This document shows, piece by piece, positions 9,731-18,069 of a stretch of DNA of 64,000 nt. Position 1 is the stretch's first letter. Each line of letters starts with the position of its first letter. The notes under the pieces were generated by a model. That model was not told the DNA's origin and ran no database searches. It saw only the letters and a program-made list of their open reading frames with translations. A program made the translations under genes and the position numbers. This DNA comes from Longimicrobiales bacterium (lineage in GTDB: Bacteria; Gemmatimonadota; Gemmatimonadetes; Longimicrobiales; Gaopeijiaceae): NCBI GenBank assembly GCA_041690395.1, contig JAWLHJ010000003.1, forward strand, positions 416,001 through 480,000. Reading direction: 5' to 3'.

Positions 9731-11158
9731 ATGGCGAACGACGGGGGCGCCGGTCCCGGGGAGGTCGATCCCCGGATGGTCGTGGCGCTGCTCGACGGCG
9801 ATGCGGACGACGACGCGGCCCGCCTCGAGGCCTGGGTCACCGATGGAAACGAGGCCCGCGACCTTCCGAACGCCGTCCGGACCGTCCGTCATGCCCGGCT
9901 CGCCTCCACGGCCCTCAGGTCGGGGAGGACGGACGAGTTGGTCCTGGAGACGCGTCGGGCGCTCGACGCCGCCCCCACGTCGTCCCCACCTCTGCTCTTC
10001 CTGGTGGGAAGCCTGCTGCAGGCGTCCTTCCGCTTCACCGGTGACGCCGAGCTCGGGCGCCTCGCCCTGGACGTCCTCGGCCGGGTGGCGGATCGCGTGG
10101 AAGTGCCACGCCTGGCCGTGCCGGCACGCGGGCTGATGGCGAACATCCACATGATGAGGGGCGATCTCCACCGAGCCGTGGCGGTGGCGGAGGCCGCGGT
10201 GGCGTTGGCCGAGGCGACCGGCCTGGGAGACGACCCCGCGCCCGCCATGGCCTGGCAGTTCCGCGGCTACGTCCTCTTCGAGTGGAACCGTCTGGAGGAG
10301 GCGGAGGAAGCCCTCCAGCGCGCGTGGGACCTGAGTGAGGGCTCCAGGGGCGTGCGGTCCGGAGCGGCGCGCGTGCTCGCCCGGGTGCGGGCGGTCCGGG
10401 GCGACGCCGAGGGAGCCGACGCCTGGCTGGAGCGGATGGAGGCCCTGGTCGCCGAGCCGCTGACGCTACGCAACCGGGAGTGGCTCGCGGCGGTCCGGGC
10501 CGGTCACGCGCTGGGGCCGGGCGCGTTCAAGGAGATCGAGGGCTGGCTCCGCGCGCAGGGGTACACGCCTGCGGACGCCGCACGGTGGGACGATGCCTGG
10601 ATCCTGACCCGCCTTCAGGAGCTGGACCAGGCCCTGGCCCTGCTCGAGGCCACGAGCCAGTGGCCGTCGGTCCTCGCCGTGGCCGGCAGGATCGTCTCGT
10701 GCGCCCGTGCCGAGCGAAGAGGCTTCGCCGTGCGCGCGCTCACCGCCGAGGCCGTGGCGCTGGAGGCCCTCGGACGGCCCCGTGAAGCGGACGCGTCGCT
10801 CGCGCGAGCGCTCGCCCTCGGGACCGACGGCGGGTTCGTCCGCGCCTTCGTGGAGGGGAGCCCCCTCCGCATGGCTCTGCTGGCGCGCGCGGCGGCGGGC
10901 GGACCGGAAGCCCGGGAGGCCACCCGAGTCCTCGAGGCCGCGGCGGCTCCAGGCGCGCCTCCGAGCGCTCGTTTGACCCCCACGCAGGCCGATGTCCTCC
11001 GGAAGGTGGCGACCGGCGCGTCCAACAAGGCGATCGCGCACGCCATGGGCATCTCGGTCACCACGGTGAAGACCCACCTCCGCGCCGTGTTCCAGCGGCT
11101 GGAGGTGTCGTCACGGACCCACGCGGTCGCGCGCGGAAGAGAGTTGGGGCTGCTCTAG
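9731..11158 (+). CDS. LuxR-family (MalT-like TPR + C-terminal HTH) transcriptional regulator
   Basis: C-terminal 'LTPTQADVL..VATGASNKAIA..MGIS.TTVKTHL..VFQRL.VSSRT.AV'; start chosen by GGGAGAG RBS. Confidence 0.9.
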   Translation: MANDGGAGPGEVDPRMVVALLDGDADDDAARLEAWVTDGNEARDLPNAVRTVRHARLASTALRSGRTDELVLETRRALDAAPTSSPPLLFLVGSLLQASFRFTGDAELGRLALDVLGRVADRVEVPRLAVPARGLMANIHMMRGDLHRAVAVAEAAVALAEATGLGDDPAPAMAWQFRGYVLFEWNRLEEAEEALQRAWDLSEGSRGVRSGAARVLARVRAVRGDAEGADAWLERMEALVAEPLTLRNREWLAAVRAGHALGPGAFKEIEGWLRAQGYTPADAARWDDAWILTRLQELDQALALLEATSQWPSVLAVAGRIVSCARAERRGFAVRALTAEAVALEALGRPREADASLARALALGTDGGFVRAFVEGSPLRMALLARAAAGGPEAREATRVLEAAAAPGAPPSARLTPTQADVLRKVATGASNKAIAHAMGISVTTVKTHLRAVFQRLEVSSRTHAVARGRELGLL

Positions 11159-11223
11159 TGGGGCGATCAGCTTTGCTCCGTCGGGCAGCCACGATATCGT
11201 AGGAAGCGCCAGAGGACGCCATT

Positions 11224-11619
11224 ATGCACCCGATCATCAAGCCAGCCCTCGCCGTCACGGCCGCTGCGCTCCTCGCAGCCATGGGTTGTTCCACATCTGC
11301 CACGAACGCCCCGTCCCGCCCGAACGTCGTTTCGGTCGAAGATGCGCACCTCGCCACCCTCCGAGCCCGCGTCGAGCCGCCGGATTCCTCGGTGCTCGAA
11401 GCCTTCGAGTTGATGAACATGATGCCGGAGCCGTGCGAGGAGCTGTGGAACCCCGCGTCCTTCGCCGCGAAGTCGACGGTCCTGAGGCTGACCTACCTCG
11501 AGGACGGGCGCTTTCCGGTCTCGAGTGCGTTGAGGACTCTGGAGGAAAGGGCTCGCCACCCGGAGCGTACGCGCTCCGCATGCCTCGCGGATCCTCGCGA
11601 AGTGAGCCTACCGTGGTAG
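11224..11619 (+). CDS. Hypothetical lipoprotein
   Basis: GAGG RBS; lipobox 'AAMGC'. Confidence 0.65.
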   Translation: MHPIIKPALAVTAAALLAAMGCSTSATNAPSRPNVVSVEDAHLATLRARVEPPDSSVLEAFELMNMMPEPCEELWNPASFAAKSTVLRLTYLEDGRFPVSSALRTLEERARHPERTRSACLADPREVSLPW

Positions 11620-12863
11620 ACGTTCGACTCGGAGGGTGGCCGGTGGGACGGGGTGCGTTGCCCGGTCTCGGGTTGCTGCTGGTGGCTTGCGCGGGGTACG
11701 AGCAGGGGGCACAGGAGTCGGTCGTACGGGACAGCGCCGGTGTCTCGGTGGTAGAGTATCCGCAGGGCATCCCCACCGGCCCTTCCTGGTCGCTGGCAGC
11801 GGAGCCTACGGTCGTGATCGGAGAGGCGGACGGCCCCGAGGAGACGCTTTTCTCCCGGGTCGTGGCGGCCGTGAGCGGTCCTGACGGCGCCCTCGTGATC
11901 GCAGATGGGCAGAGCAGAGAGATCCGGTGGTTCGACGAGAATGGCGAGCATCTCCGAACAGTCGGAGGCTCGGGAGACGGCCCCGGCGAGTTCCGACATC
12001 TCTCGTGGGTAGGGCGCCTGAACGGTGATACGATCGGCGCGTGGGATCGGTCGGCACGTCGATTGAGCTTCTTCTCATCAGCCGGAGATCTCGTAGCGTC
12101 GCAGGAGGTGGGACCGATCGAGGCCACCTTCGACTCGCCCCCCGGCACGTTCATCACGATGACGCCGCAGGTGCGAGGAATCTTCGGTGATGGATCGATG
12201 CTCGCCGAGCTCATCATCGTCTATCCGAATGTCGCGCCCGGGGTGCGGAGAGATTCCGTCCCCCTCATGCTCTTCGATCGAGGGACAGAGGAATGGGACC
12301 GGATCGGTACCATACTCCCGGCAGAGCTCTTCATCGATTCCGAGTCGGCGGTGGCTCTGCCCCTTCCCTTCGGACTCCGGACCCAACTGGCGGTCGCGGA
12401 CGAATGGGCGGTGATTGGATGGGGGGACGAAGCGGGGCTGACCGTCATCGATCGCGGAGGTAGTGCGAGAGCGGTCATCCGGCCGAATCTCGAGCGCATC
12501 CGCCTCGGTCAGGACGAGATCGATGCTGACCGACGGGCCCGTATCGAGGTCATCGCGGAGCCGGATCGAGACGCGTACCGGAGGGCGCTGCAGGCCGTCG
12601 CGTATCCCAACGTGCGGCCCGCCCACGGACGGATCGTCGCTGGTCGCAACGAATTCTGGGTGGAGGCGCCGAGCGGTTCGGGGGCTCCGGAATCCAGCTC
12701 GTGGTTGGTCTTCTCGGATTCAGGGCAGTATCTCGGGTCGCTCGAGGCACCTGGCGGCCTGCAGATTACCGATGTTGGTGACGACCATGTCGTTGGGGTG
12801 CTGACCGACGAGCTCGGTGTTCCGAGAGTCGTGAGGTTCGAGCTGCGAAGAGGGGTGTTCTGA
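11613..12863 (+). CDS. 6-bladed beta-propeller lipoprotein
   Basis: 'LLLVAC' lipobox; 'RDSAGV', 'GGSGDGPGEF', C-terminal 'DELGVPRV'; start approximate. Confidence 0.8.
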   Translation: MVDVRLGGWPVGRGALPGLGLLLVACAGYEQGAQESVVRDSAGVSVVEYPQGIPTGPSWSLAAEPTVVIGEADGPEETLFSRVVAAVSGPDGALVIADGQSREIRWFDENGEHLRTVGGSGDGPGEFRHLSWVGRLNGDTIGAWDRSARRLSFFSSAGDLVASQEVGPIEATFDSPPGTFITMTPQVRGIFGDGSMLAELIIVYPNVAPGVRRDSVPLMLFDRGTEEWDRIGTILPAELFIDSESAVALPLPFGLRTQLAVADEWAVIGWGDEAGLTVIDRGGSARAVIRPNLERIRLGQDEIDADRRARIEVIAEPDRDAYRRALQAVAYPNVRPAHGRIVAGRNEFWVEAPSGSGAPESSSWLVFSDSGQYLGSLEAPGGLQITDVGDDHVVGVLTDELGVPRVVRFELRRGVF

Positions 12864-12885
12864 CTCGACGGGATCAACGTCGGGG

Positions 12886-13075
12886 ATGAGCAGTTATCGG
12901 AAAATGAGCCTGGATCGGGTTGCGGCGGGAGGGCTCGCCAGGCATGGGGCTCTTGGAAGGCGAAGCCGTGAGGACCGTCCTGACTCCGATATCGACTTCC
13001 CTGTGGAGTTCGATGGAGACACAAGTCTCTTCGACGAGCGTCGGCTGGAAAGGCGGCTCAGGCGACGGCGCCGGC
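12886..13075 (+). pseudogene. Remnant of a minimal nucleotidyltransferase (MNT antitoxin-like) gene
   Basis: 'ARHGA...EDRPDSDIDFPVEF..DTSLFD' resembles MNT, but FGS motif is missing and the frame runs into the repeat element. Confidence 0.6.
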
Positions 13076-13293
13076 CTATCCGACGCGTGGCAGAAACGTG
13101 ACACGGCGGGTGGGTGCGGCGACCGCGCGGGATGTTTCTGCCGCATACGGTGGTCAACATGCCACGGGGCGGGATCTCGGCGGCGGCCTTGTGACCTTTC
13201 TGCCGTATAGGGTGGTCAACATCCCAATCGCCGGTCGAGGTCGTACGGGTTGGGATGTTTCTGCCACGTTCGGTCGAGCGACACCGGCAGCGG
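13076..13293. repeat. Palindromic repeat-spacer element, copy 1
   Basis: About 10 mismatches in 218 bp versus 45712-45929 by manual alignment; 37-bp units with 24-25-bp spacers. Confidence 0.95.
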
Positions 13294-13516
13294 TTTGCCC
13301 TCCAGGCTTCCGGCCACGGGTCCGTCCCGGGGTACCCTCGCTGTTTCTATCCGGCACGGGTCCATGTATGTCCTAGGTATGACCTACTGGATCCTCGAAT
13401 CACGCCGTGGGCGCCCGCCGGAATCCCCCGGAAAGGCCGACCCAGTGAAACCGTCGCACGCGAAGACCGTACGGGTGATATCCGCAGATCCGACACCTCA
13501 CCCATGGTAGGCACAC

Positions 13517-13903
13517 ATGCACGCTGAAGGCACGTTCGAAGTGGAGCTCCAGCCCACGAGCGCCTCGCCCGTCGAGACCCTCGACCTGAAGAAGCGGTTC
13601 GCGGGCGGGCTCGAAGGAACAAGCGAGGGAACGATGCTCGCGTCCCGCTCCGAAGGCGGAGCCATGTACACCGCCATGGAGAAGGTCCAGGGGACGCTGG
13701 GCGGCCGGGCCGGGACGTTCGTGCTCGTGCACCGAGGAATCATGGCCGCGGGCAAAGAGGAACTCGAGATCATGGTGGCGCCTGGATCGGGCACCGCTGA
13801 GCTCACCGGGCTCTCCGGGCGGATGTCCATCCAGATCGAAGACGGGGTCCACCGCTACACGATGGAGTACGACGTCGCGGAGGAGGAACGGGCGAGTCGG
13901 TAG
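13517..13903 (+). CDS. DUF3224 family protein
   Basis: 'KRFAGGLEGTSEG.ML', 'YTAME.V.GTLGGRAGTFVL.H', 'PGSGTAELTGLSG'. Confidence 0.9.
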   Translation: MHAEGTFEVELQPTSASPVETLDLKKRFAGGLEGTSEGTMLASRSEGGAMYTAMEKVQGTLGGRAGTFVLVHRGIMAAGKEELEIMVAPGSGTAELTGLSGRMSIQIEDGVHRYTMEYDVAEEERASR

Positions 13904-13918
13904 TCCCGAGGCACCGGC

Positions 13919-14398
13919 TCAATCCGAGTCGCCCTGGAGGGCCTTCGTCGCGTCGCGCTGCCGGGCCGCGGCCCTGGACATGAAGGCGGCGATCACGGCG
14001 AGATCCTCGTCGGAGTAATCCTCGTAGAGCTGACCCAGCCGCTCCGTAAGGCCGGCGAATAGCTTGTAGAGCCCCCGTACCCCCTCGTGGTTCACCTCGA
14101 CCCACGTCCGACGGCCATCGTCCGAGTCCTGGACTCTACGAATGAAGCCGCGACTCTCGAGCCGATCGAGGATCCCCGTGATCGAGGGCGGCTTGAGACC
14201 CGCACGCGTGGCGATATCGCCGGCCAGGAGCGGCCCATGCGCTTCCACGAGCCCGAGTACCTTCCACTGGCTGGCGCTGAGACCGGCATGCTCCCCGAGC
14301 ACGGTGTGGTACATCACCGCGGCATCGCTGAGCTCCCGTCCCGCCGCAGACACCCGCTGGATGATCTCGTCGCGGCCACCCTCTCGCCTACCTGCCAT
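13919..14398 (-). CDS. MarR-family transcriptional regulator
   Basis: 'GLKPPSITGILDRLESRGFIRR..D.DDGRR'; ATG at 14398 with GAGG upstream. Confidence 0.92.
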   Translation of the reverse strand: MAGRREGGRDEIIQRVSAAGRELSDAAVMYHTVLGEHAGLSASQWKVLGLVEAHGPLLAGDIATRAGLKPPSITGILDRLESRGFIRRVQDSDDGRRTWVEVNHEGVRGLYKLFAGLTERLGQLYEDYSDEDLAVIAAFMSRAAARQRDATKALQGDSD

Positions 14399-14966
14399 CT
14401 TCCTCTTCCGATGTGGTGAGCACCCGGCGGATCGCACCCCCGCCCCGCCCCGTCGCCCTTCGGGCCTTCGCCCGTCGTAGATCGTCGGCCAGGGGCGGTC
14501 TGCGGAGTCTCGCATGTCGCGCCAGATAGGCCCAGTCCGCGGCCGTGTCGTGCTTCAGCTGCACATGGTAGTAGTTCGCGTACTCGAGCGCGGCAAAGGC
14601 GACCAGACCCACCGCCCATGTCAGGTCCAGCAGGTCCAACGCGCCCGAGCGCCACTGCATGAAGGCGATGGCTGCGACCGCGGCGAATCCGGCCAGGGAT
14701 ACGGCCCTGAGAAGCTGAAACGTCGATCGGAACCAGCGAGGTAGCCGCAGACGGCCGCGCCGAATGGCTGTCAGCTTCAGGTGCCAGTACGTGGCACCCG
14801 AAGCCAGCAACCAGACCGCCAGGACGAGCGCACAGACCCGCAGTGTCCAAGCTCCTTGGTGGTCGCTCCGTCCCCAGGCCGTGACCACCAAGGCCGGGAG
14901 GATCAGAACGTTGGCGCCCTCCCAGTTTCGAAGCCAAAGCAGTCTTCGGCGGATCGCTGAACGCAC
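14388..14966 (-). CDS. Hypothetical integral membrane protein (about 4 TM)
   Basis: AAGGAG RBS plus GTG; hydrophobic helices; 'ALEYANYYHVQL.HD' conserved-looking motif. Confidence 0.75.
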   Translation of the reverse strand: MRSAIRRRLLWLRNWEGANVLILPALVVTAWGRSDHQGAWTLRVCALVLAVWLLASGATYWHLKLTAIRRGRLRLPRWFRSTFQLLRAVSLAGFAAVAAIAFMQWRSGALDLLDLTWAVGLVAFAALEYANYYHVQLKHDTAADWAYLARHARLRRPPLADDLRRAKARRATGRGGGAIRRVLTTSEEEDGR

Positions 14967-14990
14967 TTGAAACTCCTTGGTCCCTTCTTT

Positions 14991-15017
14991 CGTTCATACA
15001 AACTAACTAACTGAACG
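14991..15017. promoter_or_regulatory. Inverted repeat in AT-rich divergent promoter (candidate MarR operator)
   Basis: CGTTCA-N15-TGAACG enclosing (AACT)3. Confidence 0.4.
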
Positions 15018-15026
15018 GCCTTTTCC

Positions 15027-16262
15027 ATGGAGTCAATGATGCCAGACCCGCTGTCACGGCCCATCCGGCCGCCCATAGCCCGTCCCCTCCCCTCTGCCAT
15101 ACGCGCGCTCGTCATCGGCGGCGGTGTCGCGGGCCCGGCGGCGGCCGTCGCCCTTCAGCGCGTCGGCATCGACGTCGAGCTCTTCGAGTCTTCCGAGGCG
15201 TCGTCGTCCAGCCCCGGACTCTTCCTCACGCTCGCCGTCAACGGCATGCGCGCCCTGGACCGGCTGGGTCTCCTGGAGGGTGTCCTCGAGCAAGACCCGC
15301 CGCCCGTACCCACACCGTCGCTGGTATTCCAGAGCAGTAGCGGTAAGACGCTGGGCACGGTGCCCAACGGCTGGCTGGACGCCGATACCCCATCCGTCAC
15401 ACTCCCTCGTAGTTCCCTCCATGAGGCCCTGGTGCGCCAGGCAGACCGACGCGGCATCAAGGTGCATCGCGGGCGACGACTCGTCTCCGCAGAAGAGACG
15501 TATGAATCCGTCGTCGCCCGGTTCGAGGACGGCTCCGAGGCCACGGCTGAGTTCCTGGTCGGGGCCGACGGCATCCGCTCGGTGGTCCGCCAGCTCGTCG
15601 ACCCTGCGGCTCCTGTCCCGCGCCACACCGGGCTCATGAACCTGGGCGGAATGCTGGCCGGCTCACCGCTCGACCCGACCCCCGGCGCCATGCATATGCT
15701 GTGGGGGACGAAGGCGTTCTTCGGGCACACAGTAGCTGACGATGGACGAGTGCTGTGGTTCGCCAACGCACCGCCGCCCTCAGTGCCTCCAGGGCCTTCT
15801 TGCGCGGACTGGAAGGAGCACCTCCTCGAGCTCTTCGATGACGACCCGCCGGTGGTGTCCCGGATCATAGGGTCCACACCCCAGGTGGGCGCATGGCCCA
15901 TCGAGGAACTTCCGGAGCTCCCCACCTGGCACTCCAGGCGCATGGTCCTCGTTGGGGACGCCGCCCATGCAGTCTCCCCCAGCACCGGTCAGGGGGCCTC
16001 ACTGGCCATCGAGGACACCGTGGTCCTGGCTCGGGCCTTGGCAGACTCGAGCGACCTGCCCACTGCCTTTCGGCACTACGCCGCTGAACGCAGACCGCGT
16101 ACGACGCGCGTCCTCAAGGTCGGACAACGCCGCGGGGCCTACAAAGCCCCAGCAAACCGCGTCGTACTCTTTCTTCGTGATCTCTGCCTCCCCATCGCCA
16201 TGCCCCTCTTCGCCAACGAAGAGCGGCTTGCCTGGCTCCACGACTACGAGGCCGTCCTATGA
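15027..16262 (+). CDS. FAD-dependent monooxygenase (aromatic hydroxylase family)
   Basis: 'VIGGGVAG', 'LVGADGIRS', 'LVGDAAHAVSPSTGQGASLAIED'; start uncertain (15027/15036/15039). Confidence 0.93.
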   Translation: MESMMPDPLSRPIRPPIARPLPSAIRALVIGGGVAGPAAAVALQRVGIDVELFESSEASSSSPGLFLTLAVNGMRALDRLGLLEGVLEQDPPPVPTPSLVFQSSSGKTLGTVPNGWLDADTPSVTLPRSSLHEALVRQADRRGIKVHRGRRLVSAEETYESVVARFEDGSEATAEFLVGADGIRSVVRQLVDPAAPVPRHTGLMNLGGMLAGSPLDPTPGAMHMLWGTKAFFGHTVADDGRVLWFANAPPPSVPPGPSCADWKEHLLELFDDDPPVVSRIIGSTPQVGAWPIEELPELPTWHSRRMVLVGDAAHAVSPSTGQGASLAIEDTVVLARALADSSDLPTAFRHYAAERRPRTTRVLKVGQRRGAYKAPANRVVLFLRDLCLPIAMPLFANEERLAWLHDYEAVL

Positions 16263-17701
16263 ATCTCCTGCACACGCTGCGCTACTGGACACTCGCGACC
16301 CTCCTTCTTCACGTCGGATGTGCGCCCGGACCCAACGCCCCCGGGCACGCATCGTTCGTGTATCCGCTTCCCATCCCACCCCTGGCCGAGTCCCGTCGGG
16401 ACGGAGAAGGCCGCGTCGAGTTCCGACTCGAGGCGCGAGAAGGCACCCGTGAGTTCCGCGCCGGTTACCGGACGGCCACGCGGGGGCTCAATGACGACCA
16501 TCTTGGTCCTACGCTGAGGATGGCGCGTGGCGACGAGGTCGTGGTGCACCTCACCAACGCCCTGCCCGAGGCCACGACCATGCACTGGCACGGCATGGAA
16601 CTGCCCGCCGTCATGGATGGCGGTCCTCATCAGATGGTGGAGCCCGGCGCCACGTGGTCGCCGACGTGGACCGTGCGTCAGCCGGCGGCCACCCTCTGGT
16701 ATCATCCCCACCCCCACGGGGCCACGGAGCGTCACGTGTACAGCGGAATGGTGGGCATGATTCTCATCGACGACGACGGCTCCTTTTCCGACGGGGCCCT
16801 GCCGGACACGTACGGAGTGGACGATGTCCCGGTGCTGGTTCAGGACGTCACGCTGGACGCGGACGGACAACTTGTCCGGCACAAGCCCTGGTACAACCAG
16901 GTCGGCCCCCTGGGCGAGATGGTCCTCGTGAACGGAGCTGTCACTCCGTATCACGATGTCGGCGACGAGCTCATCCGACTAAGGCTGCTGAACGCCTCGC
17001 TCTCGCGCGTCTACGCCTTCGGGCTCTCGGATGGTCGCGCGTTCCACGTGGTCGCCTCCGACGGCGGGCTCCTCACCGAGCCGCTCCTGACTGAACGTAT
17101 CCGACTGTCTCCCGGCGAGCGGGCGGACATCGTCGTACGGATGGAGGGTGGGGACACCATCCGACTTACAAGCCATTCGCCGGAGCTCGGGACCGACTTC
17201 GTCAACAACCGGTTGGCCGGAGGCCAGGACCGGTTCGAGCTCCTGGAGCTCCGGGCGAGCGACACCCTTAGCACCTCCCCGCCCCTCCCTACGCGTCTCG
17301 CCCGCATCGAAGCGCCTGACCCATCCGCGGCCGACAGAGTCCGGTCATTCAAGGTCTCCTCGTCCACCATCAACGGGCTATCCATGGACATGCGCCGCAT
17401 CGATGCGCACATCCACCGGGGTGCCACGGAGATCTGGGAGGTGGGGGGTATCGCCGTGCCGCACAACTTCCACGTCCACGGCGTCCGGTTCCGCATCCTG
17501 GACATGGACGGACACCGACCGCCGCCGGAGTTCGCGGGCTGGAAGGATACGGTATACCTCGACCCCGATACGGTGACGCGCCTGCTTATCACGTTCCCCG
17601 AGCAAGAGGACGACGTACCCTTCATGTTCCACTGCCACTTCCTGCGACACGAGGACGACGGGGCCATGGGCCAGTTCCTCGTGGGCTCGGAGCGCCCATG
17701 A
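16259..17701 (+). CDS. Multicopper oxidase (CueO/SufI family), probable lipoprotein
   Basis: Copper motifs HWHG, WYHPH, HNFHVHG, HCHFLRHEDDGAM; 'LHVGC'; ATGA overlap with upstream gene. Confidence 0.95.
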   Translation: MNLLHTLRYWTLATLLLHVGCAPGPNAPGHASFVYPLPIPPLAESRRDGEGRVEFRLEAREGTREFRAGYRTATRGLNDDHLGPTLRMARGDEVVVHLTNALPEATTMHWHGMELPAVMDGGPHQMVEPGATWSPTWTVRQPAATLWYHPHPHGATERHVYSGMVGMILIDDDGSFSDGALPDTYGVDDVPVLVQDVTLDADGQLVRHKPWYNQVGPLGEMVLVNGAVTPYHDVGDELIRLRLLNASLSRVYAFGLSDGRAFHVVASDGGLLTEPLLTERIRLSPGERADIVVRMEGGDTIRLTSHSPELGTDFVNNRLAGGQDRFELLELRASDTLSTSPPLPTRLARIEAPDPSAADRVRSFKVSSSTINGLSMDMRRIDAHIHRGATEIWEVGGIAVPHNFHVHGVRFRILDMDGHRPPPEFAGWKDTVYLDPDTVTRLLITFPEQEDDVPFMFHCHFLRHEDDGAMGQFLVGSERP

Positions 17702-17980
17702 CGATGAAGACGAACCCCAGCCGATTGCCTGACGTATCCCTCGCGCTGACGGCGGTAGCCTTCGGGCTCCCTGGCCTGGCACCCCACTGCCCTCCTCCTG
17801 CAGGTGCTGGCGTTCGCGGGGCTATTCCTCGGCCGCGTCTACGTCCTGGTGGCAGATGGCGCGCCGGAACGCACCACTCTCGGCCTCATGACCCTGGAAC
17901 GGCTAGGCGTGATCATCGGTCTCGTTGCCTACCACGCGTCGTCCCGTCCTCCGCCAGAGAGCGACGGCAGCGATCGCTGA
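17698..17980 (+). pseudogene. Frameshifted DUF4345-like small membrane protein remnant
   Basis: ATGA-coupled start; frame change near 17770 gives 'LAWHPTALLLQVLAFAGLFLGRVYVLVADGAP...LMTLE'; that frame is closed upstream by TAG 17756. Confidence 0.5.
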
Positions 17981-18069
17981 AGGCACAGCCACCAACCAGA
18001 ACGCCAGGCCCGCGAGCACGGCCGGCATGATGCCGGCCATCGCCTCGAAACCATGGCCGCCACCTACCC

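Noticed and set aside
13076..13293. Calling the repeat-spacer element a bona fide CRISPR array
   Set aside because: Only two full, mutually divergent repeats; short GC-rich spacers nearly identical in both copies; no cas genes or AT-rich leader seen.
12886..13376. Short ORFs spanning the repeat (also 45646-45846 and 44367-45782)
   Set aside because: Their identical peptides simply reflect the DNA repeat; no RBS or protein-like composition.
13294..13516. Possible riboswitch (c-di-GMP-like) or small ORF upstream of DUF3224
   Set aside because: Only scattered GAAA/ACGC-like words; could not build the consensus structure by eye.
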